NCBI GenBank assembly: GCA_964016885.1
Contig: OZ024757.1
Location: 3,286,001-3,350,000, forward strand
Length of the DNA: 64,000 bases
Origin: Eledone cirrhosa
Taxonomy: Eukaryota
Direction of reading: 5' to 3'
Shown: piece by piece, positions 57,200 to 64,000 of the stretch
Layout: every line of letters begins with the position of its first letter
Numbering within the stretch: position 1 is the stretch's first letter
Program-made: the position numbers and the translations under genes
Notes under the pieces: generated by a model
The model's input: only the letters and a program-made list of their open reading frames with translations
Told to the model about the DNA's origin: nothing
The model's database searches: none

Positions 57200-60100
57200 A
57201 GAGATTCTTTCCTGAGACATTCTAACCACATGTCTATAGTATCAGAGCTGTGATCTCTCAATTCAGAGATTCCTTCCTGAGACATTCTAACCACATGTCT
57301 ATAGTATCAGAGCTGTGATCTCTCAATTCAGAGATTCTTTCCTGAGACATTCTAACCACATATCTGTAGTATCAAAGCTGTGATCACTCAATTCAGAGAT
57401 TCTTTCCTGAGACATTCTAACCACATGTCTATAGTATCAGAGCCTTGATCTTTCAATTCAGAGTTTCTCTTCAGAGACATTCTAACCACATGTCTGTCGT
57501 ATCAGCGCTGTGATATCCGAATTCAGAGTTTCTTTCCTAGGACTTTGTAAGCAGATGCCTCTAATATAAGAGCTGTGATCTCTCAATCCAGAAATTCTTT
57601 CCAGAGACATTCTAACCACATGACTGTGGTATCAGAGCTGTGATCTCTCATTTCAGAGATTCTTTCCCAAGATATTCTAACCACACATCTATAGTATCAG
57701 GGCTGTGATCTCTTAATTCAGAGATTCTTTCCTGAGACATTCTAAACAGATGTCTGTAGTATCTGAGCTGTGATCTCTCAATTCAGAGATTCTTTCCTGA
57801 GACATTCTACCCACATATCTGTAGTATCAGCGCAGTGATATCTCAATTCAGAGATTCTTTTCTCAGACATTCTAACCACATTTCTATAGTATTAGAGCTG
57901 TGATCTCACAATTCAAAGATTCTTTCCTGAGACATTCTAACTACATGTCTGTAGTATCAGAGCTGTAATCTCTCAATTCAGAGATTCTTTCCAGAGACAT
58001 TCTAACCACATGACCATAGTATCAGAGCTTTGATCTCTCAACTCACAGATTCCTTCCAGAGACATTCTAACCACATGTCTATAGTATCAGAGCTGTGATC
58101 TCTCCATTCAGAGATTCTTTCCTGAGACATTCTAACCACATGTCTATAGTATCAGAGCTGTGATCTCTCAATTCAGAGATTCTTTCCTGAGACAGTCTAA
58201 ACAAATGTCTATAGTATCAGAGCTGTGCTCTCTCAACTCAGAGATTCTTTCCTGTGACATTCTAACCACATATCTGTAGTATCAAAGCTGTGATCACTCA
58301 ATTCAGAGATTCTTTCCTGAGACATTCGAACCACATGTCTGTAGTATCAGAGCCTTGATCTCTCAATTCAGAGTTTCTTTTCAGAGACGTTCTAACCACA
58401 TGTCTGTAGTATCAGCGCTGTGATATCCCAATTCAGAGATTCTTTCCTCAGACATTCTAACCAGATGCCTGTAGTATCAGAGCTGTGATCTCTCAATTCA
58501 GAGATTCTTTCCTGAGACATTCTAACCACATGACTGTGGTATCAGATCTGTGATCTCTCATTTCAGAGATTCTTTCCTGAGACATTATAACCCCATGTCT
58601 GTACTACCAGAGCTGTGATCTGTCAATTCAGAGATTCTTTCCTGCGACATTCTAACCACATGTGTGTAGTATCAGGGCTGTGATCTATCAATTCAGAGAT
58701 TCTTTCCTGAGACATTCTAACCACAAGTCTGTAGTATCAGAGGTGTGATCGCTCAATTCAAAGATTTTTTCCTGAGACATTCTAACTACATGTCTGTAGT
58801 ATCAGAGCTGCAATCTCTCAATTCAGAGATTCTTTCCAGAGACATTCTAACCACATATCTGTAGTATCAGAGGTGTGATCACTCAATTCAGAGATTCTTT
58901 TCTCAGACATTCTAACCACATTTCTATTGTATCAAAGCTGTGATCACTCAATTCAGAGATTCTTTCCTGAGACATTCTAACCACATGTCTATAGTATCAG
59001 TGCTGTGATCTCTCAATTCAGAGATTCTTTCCTGAGACATTCTAACCACATATCTGTAGTATCAGAGGTGTGATCACTCAATTCAGAGATTCTTTTCTCA
59101 GACATTCTAACCACATTTCTATTGTATCAGACCTGTGATATCTCAACTTAGAGATTCTTTCCTGAGGCATTCTAACCACATGTCTATAGCATCAGAGCTG
59201 TGATCTCACAATTCAGAGATTCTTTCTTGAGACATTCTAACCACATGTCTGTGGTATCAGAGCTGTGATCTCTCAATTCAGAGATTCTTTCCTGAGACAT
59301 TCTAACTACATGTCTGTAGTATCATAGCTGTAATCTGTCAATTCAGAGATTCTTTCCTGAGACATTCTAACCACATGTCTATAGTATCAGAGCTGTGACC
59401 TCTCAATTCAGAGATTCTTTCCTGAGACATTCTAACCACATGCCTGTAGTATCAGAGCTGTGATCTCTCCATTCAGAGATTCTTTCCTGAGACATTCTAA
59501 CCACATGTCTATAGTATCAGAGCTGTGATCTTTCAATTCAGAGATTCTTTCCTGAGACATTCTAACCACATGTCTATAGTATCAGAGCTGTGATCTCTCA
59601 ATTCAGAGATTCCTTCCTGAGACATTCTAACCACATGTCTATAGTATCAGAGCTGTGATCTCTCAATTCAGAGATTCTTTCCTGAGACATTCTAACCACA
59701 TATCTGTAGTATCAAAGCTGTGATCACTCAATTCAGAGATTCTTTCCTGAGACATTCTAACCACATGTCTATAGTATCAGAGCCTTGATCTTTCAATTCA
59801 GAGTTTCTCTTCAGAGACATTCTAACCACATGTCTGTCGTATCAGCGCTGTGATATCCGAATTCAGAGTTTCTTTCCTAGGACTTTGTAAGCAGATGCCT
59901 CTAATATAAGAGCTGTGATCTCTCAATCCAGAAATTCTTTCCAGAGACATTCTAACCACATGACTGTGGTATCAGAGCTGTGATCTCTCATTTCAGAGAT
60001 TCTTTCCCAAGATATTCTAACCACACATCTATAGTATCAGGGCTGTGATCTCTTAATTCAGAGATTCTTTCCTGAGACATTCTAAACAGATGTCTGTAGT

Positions 60101-61945
60101 ATCTGAGCTGTGATCTCTCAATTCAGAGATTCTTTCCTGAGACATTCTACCCACATATCTGTAGTATCAGCGCAGTGATATCTCAATTCAGAGATTCTTT
60201 TCTCAGACATTCTAACCACATTTCTATAGTATTAGAGCTGTGATCTCACAATTCAAAGATTCTTTCCTGAGACATTCTAACTACATGTCTGTAGTATCAG
60301 AGCTGTAATCTCTCAATTCAGAGATTATTTCCAGAGACATTCTAACCACATGACCATAGTATCAGAGCTTTGATCTCTCAACTCACAGATTCCTTCCAGA
60401 GACATTCTAACCACATGTCTATAGTATCAGAGCTGTGATCTCTCCATTCAGAGATTCTTTCCTGAGACATTCTAACCACATGTCTATAGTATCAGAGCTG
60501 TGATCTCTCAATTCAGAGATTCTTTCCTGAGACAGTCTAAACAAATGTCTATAGTATCAGAGCTGTGCTCTCTCAACTCAGAGATTCTTTCCTGTGACAT
60601 TCTAACCACATATCTGTAGTATCAAAGCTGTGATCACTCAATTCAGAGATTCTTTCCTGAGACATTCGAACCACATGTCTGTAGTATCAGAGCCTTGATC
60701 TCTCAATTCAGAGTTTCTTTTCAGAGACGTTCTAACCACATGTCTGTAGTATCAGCGCTGTGATATCCCAATCCAAGATTCTTTCCTCAGACATTCTAAC
60801 CAGATGCCTGTAGTATCAGAGCTGTGATCTCTCAATTCAGAGATTCTTTCCTGAGACATTCTAACCACATGACTGTGGTATCAGATCTGTGATCTCTCAT
60901 TTCAGAGATTCTTTCCTGAGACATTATAACCCCATGTCTGTACTACCAGAGCTGTGATCTGTCAATTCAGAGATTCTTTCCTGCGACATTCTAACCACAT
61001 GTGTGTAGTATCAGGGCTGTGATCTATCAATTCAGAGATTCTTTCCTGAGACATTCTAACCACAAGTCTGTAGTATCAGAGGTGTGATCGCTCAATTCAA
61101 AGATTTTTTCCTGAGACATTCTAACTACATGTCTGTAGTATCAGAGCTGCAATCTCTCAATTCAGAGATTCTTTCCAGAGACATTCTAACCACATATCTG
61201 TAGTATCAGAGGTGTGATCACTCAATTCAGAGATTCTTTTCTCAGACATTCTAACCACATTTCTATTGTATCAAAGCTGTGATCACTCAATTCAGAGATT
61301 CTTTCCTGAGACATTCTAACCACATGTCTATAGTATCAGTGCTGTGATCTCTCAATTCAGAGATTCTTTCCTGAGACATTCTAACCACATATCTGTAGTA
61401 TCAGAGGTGTGATCACTCAATTCAGAGATTCTTTTCTCAGACATTCTAACCACATTTCTATTGTATCAGACCTGTGATATCTCAACTTAGAGATTCTTTC
61501 CTGAGGCATTCTAACCACATGTCTATAGCATCAGAGCTGTGATCTCACAATTCAGAGATTCTTTCTTGAGACATTCTAACCACATGTCTGTGGTATCAGA
61601 GCTGTGATCTCTCAATTCAGAGATTCTTTCCTGAGACATTCTAACTACATGTCTGTAGTATCATAGCTGTAATCTGTCAATTCAGAGATTCTTTCCTGAG
61701 ACATTCTAACCACATGTCTATAGTATCAGAGCTGTGACCTCTCAATTCAGAGATTCTTTCCTGAGACATTCTAACCACATGCCTGTAGTATCAGAGCTGT
61801 GATCTCTCCATTCAGAGATTCTTTCCTGAGACATTCTAACCACATGTCTATAGTATCAGAGCTGTGATCTTTCAATTCAGAGATTCTTTCCTGAGACATT
61901 CTAACCACATGTCTATAGTATCAGAGCTGTGATCTCTCAATTCAG
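57200..61945. repeat. Tandem duplication of a 36-monomer (2340 bp) block
   Basis: gactttgtaa at 57541/59881 and gacagtctaa at 58191/60531 are offset by 2340 = 36x65. cacaagtct at 58722/61061 is offset by 2339, after a 1-bp deletion near 60775. Confidence 0.92.
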
Positions 61946-64000
61946 AGATTCTTTCCTGAGACATTCTAACCACATGTCTATAGTATCAGAGCTGTGATCT
62001 CTCCATTCAGAGATTCTTTCCTGAGACATTCTAACCACATATCTGTAGTATCAAAGCTGTGATCACTCAATTCAGAGATTCTTTCCTCAGACATTCTAAC
62101 CACATGTCTATAGTATCAGAGCCTTGATCTTTCAATTCAGAGTTTCTCTTCAGAGACATTCTAACCACATGTCTGTCGTATCAGCGCTGTGATATCCGAA
62201 TTCAGAGATTCTTTCCTAGGACTTTCTAAGCAGATGCCTGTAATATCAGAGCTGTGATCTCTCAATCCAGAAATTCTTTCCAGAGACATTCTAACCACAT
62301 GACTGTGGTATCAGAGCTGTGATCTCTCATTTCAGAGATTCTTTCCCAAGATATTCTAACCACATATCTATAGTATCAGGGCTGTGATCTCTTAATTCAG
62401 AGATTCTTTCCTGAGACATTCTAAACAGATGTCTGAAGTATCTGAGCTGTGATCTCTCAATTCAGAGATTCTTTCCTGAGACATTCTACCCACATATCTG
62501 TAGTATCAGCGCAGTGATATCTCAATTCAGAGATTCTTTTCTCAGACATTCTAACCACATTTCTATAGTATTAGAGCTGTGATCTCACAATTCAAAGATT
62601 CTTTCCTGAGACATTCTAACTACATGTCTTTAGTTTCAGAGCTGTAATCTCTCAATTCAGAGATTCTTTCCAGAGACATTCTAACCACATGACCATAGTA
62701 TCAGAGCTTTGATCTCTCAACTCAGAGATTACTTCCAGAGACATTCTAACCACATGTCTATAGTATCAGAGCTGTGATCTCTCCATTCAGAGATTCTTTC
62801 CTGAGACATTCTAACCACATGTCTATAGTATCAGAGCTGTGCTCTCTCAACTCAGAGATTCTTTCCTGTGACATTCTAACCACATGTCTATCGTGTCAGA
62901 GCTGTGATCTCTCAATTCAGACATTCTTTCCTGAGACATTCTAACCACATATCTGTAGTATCAAAGCTGTGATCACTCAATTCAGAGATTCTTTCCTGAG
63001 ACATTCTAACCACATGTCTGTAGTATCAGAGCCTTGATCTCTCAATTCAAAGTTTCTTTTCAGAGACGTTCTAAACACATGTCTGTAGTACCAGCGCTGT
63101 GATATCCCAATTCAGAGATTCTTTCCTCAGACATTCTAACCAGATGCCTGTAGTATCAGAGCTGTGATCTCTCAATTCAGAGATTCTTTCCTGAGACATT
63201 CTAACCACATGACTGTGGTATCAGATCTGTGATCTCTCATTTCAGAGATTCTTTCCTGAGACATTATAACCCCATGTCTGTACTATCAGAGCTGTGATCT
63301 CTCAATTCAGAGATTCTTTCCTGCGACATTCTAACCACATGTGTGTATTATCAGGGCTGTGATCTATCAATTCAGAGATTCTTTCCTGAGACATTCTAAC
63401 CACATGTCTGTAGTATCAGAGGTGTGATCGCGCAATTCAAAGATTCTTTACTGAGACATTCTAACTACATGTCTGTAGTATCAGTGCTTTAATCTCTCAA
63501 TTCAGAGATTCTTTCCAGAGACATTCTAACCACATGACCATAGTATCAGAGCTGTGATCTCTCAATTCAGAGATTCTTTCCAGAGACATTCTAACCACAT
63601 GTCTATAGTATCAGAGCTGTGATCTCTCCAATCAGAGATTATTTCCTGAGACATTCTAACCACATGTCTGTAGTATCAGATCTGTGATCTCTCAATTCAG
63701 AGATTCTTTCCTGAGACATTCTAACCACATGTCTATAGTATCAGAGCTGTGATCTCTCAATTCAGAGATTCTTTCCTGAGACATTCTAACCACATATCTG
63801 TAGTATCAAAGGTGTGATCACTCAATTCAGAGATTCTTTTCTCAGACATTCTAACCACATGTGTATAGTATCAGAGCTGTGATCTCTCAATTCAGAGATT
63901 CTTTTCAGAGACATTCTAACCACATGTCTGTAGTATCAAAGCTGTGATATCCCAATTCAGAGATTCTTTCCTGAGACATTCCCGCCACCAATCAGAGATT
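61780..64000. repeat. Long-range duplicate of the block at about 49040-51250 (offset 12742 bp)
   Basis: Private variants gtctttagtttcag (49884/62626), gtagtaccagcg (50343/63085) and gatcgcgcaattc (50684/63426) all share the offset 12742. Confidence 0.85.

Larger units (their letters stand above)
1..64000. repeat. Tandem satellite DNA array, 65-bp monomer, about 985 copies, single orientation
   Basis: GACATTCTAA recurs at 1, 66, 131, 196 and onward with a 65-bp period up to the last monomer start at 63975. Monomers differ from the consensus by a few substitutions and occasional 1-bp indels. No unique sequence was seen. Confidence 0.99.

Noticed and set aside
1-64000. CRISPR array (65-bp period, palindromic elements)
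   Set aside because: The period resembles repeat plus spacer, but all 65 positions are conserved between units. There are no unique spacers, leader or cas genes.
1-64000. Repetitive protein-coding ORF on either strand
   Set aside because: On the plus strand each consensus monomer has stops in all three frames (TAA at 8, TAG at 22, TGA at 36 and 63). On the minus strand two frames are closed per monomer, and because 65 is not a multiple of 3 the third frame closes in the neighbouring monomer.
1-64000. Tandem tRNA, 5S rRNA, snRNA or miRNA gene cluster
   Set aside because: There is no cloverleaf, no clear Pol III A/B box and no recognisable RNA family similarity. The stems are only 6-7 bp, too short for pre-miRNA hairpins.
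1-64000. Embedded transposon, inversion or unique island
   Set aside because: Reading through the window, every segment matched the monomer in the same orientation. The largest departures are the 30-bp deletion and 1-bp indels.

Overview
The whole 64-kb window is one uninterrupted head-to-tail satellite DNA array with a 65-bp monomer, consensus GACATTCTAACCACATGTCTRTAGTATCAGAGCTGTGATCTCTCAATTCAGAGATTCTTTCCTGA (about 39% GC, no CpG in the consensus). It holds about 985 complete monomers, all in the same orientation, and runs off both ends. I found no genes, RNA genes, transposon insertions, inversions or CRISPR spacers. It looks like eukaryotic centromeric, pericentromeric or other heterochromatic satellite, but I do not recognise the family or the organism. 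The informative signal is architectural. Rare diagnostic variants reveal nested higher-order repeats and block duplications (3-, 12-, 15-, 26-, 35/36-, 46/47-, 58- and 63-mer offsets). A conserved ordered 9-monomer module points to an ancestral 11-15-mer unit, and two variant subfamilies turn over between about 22 and 35 kb. Three dyad symmetries tile each monomer, and two internal deletions share the same monomer breakpoints. I see no evidence for a novel protein-coding system. Offsets were measured by eye between marker variants, and block boundaries are approximate to one or two monomers.
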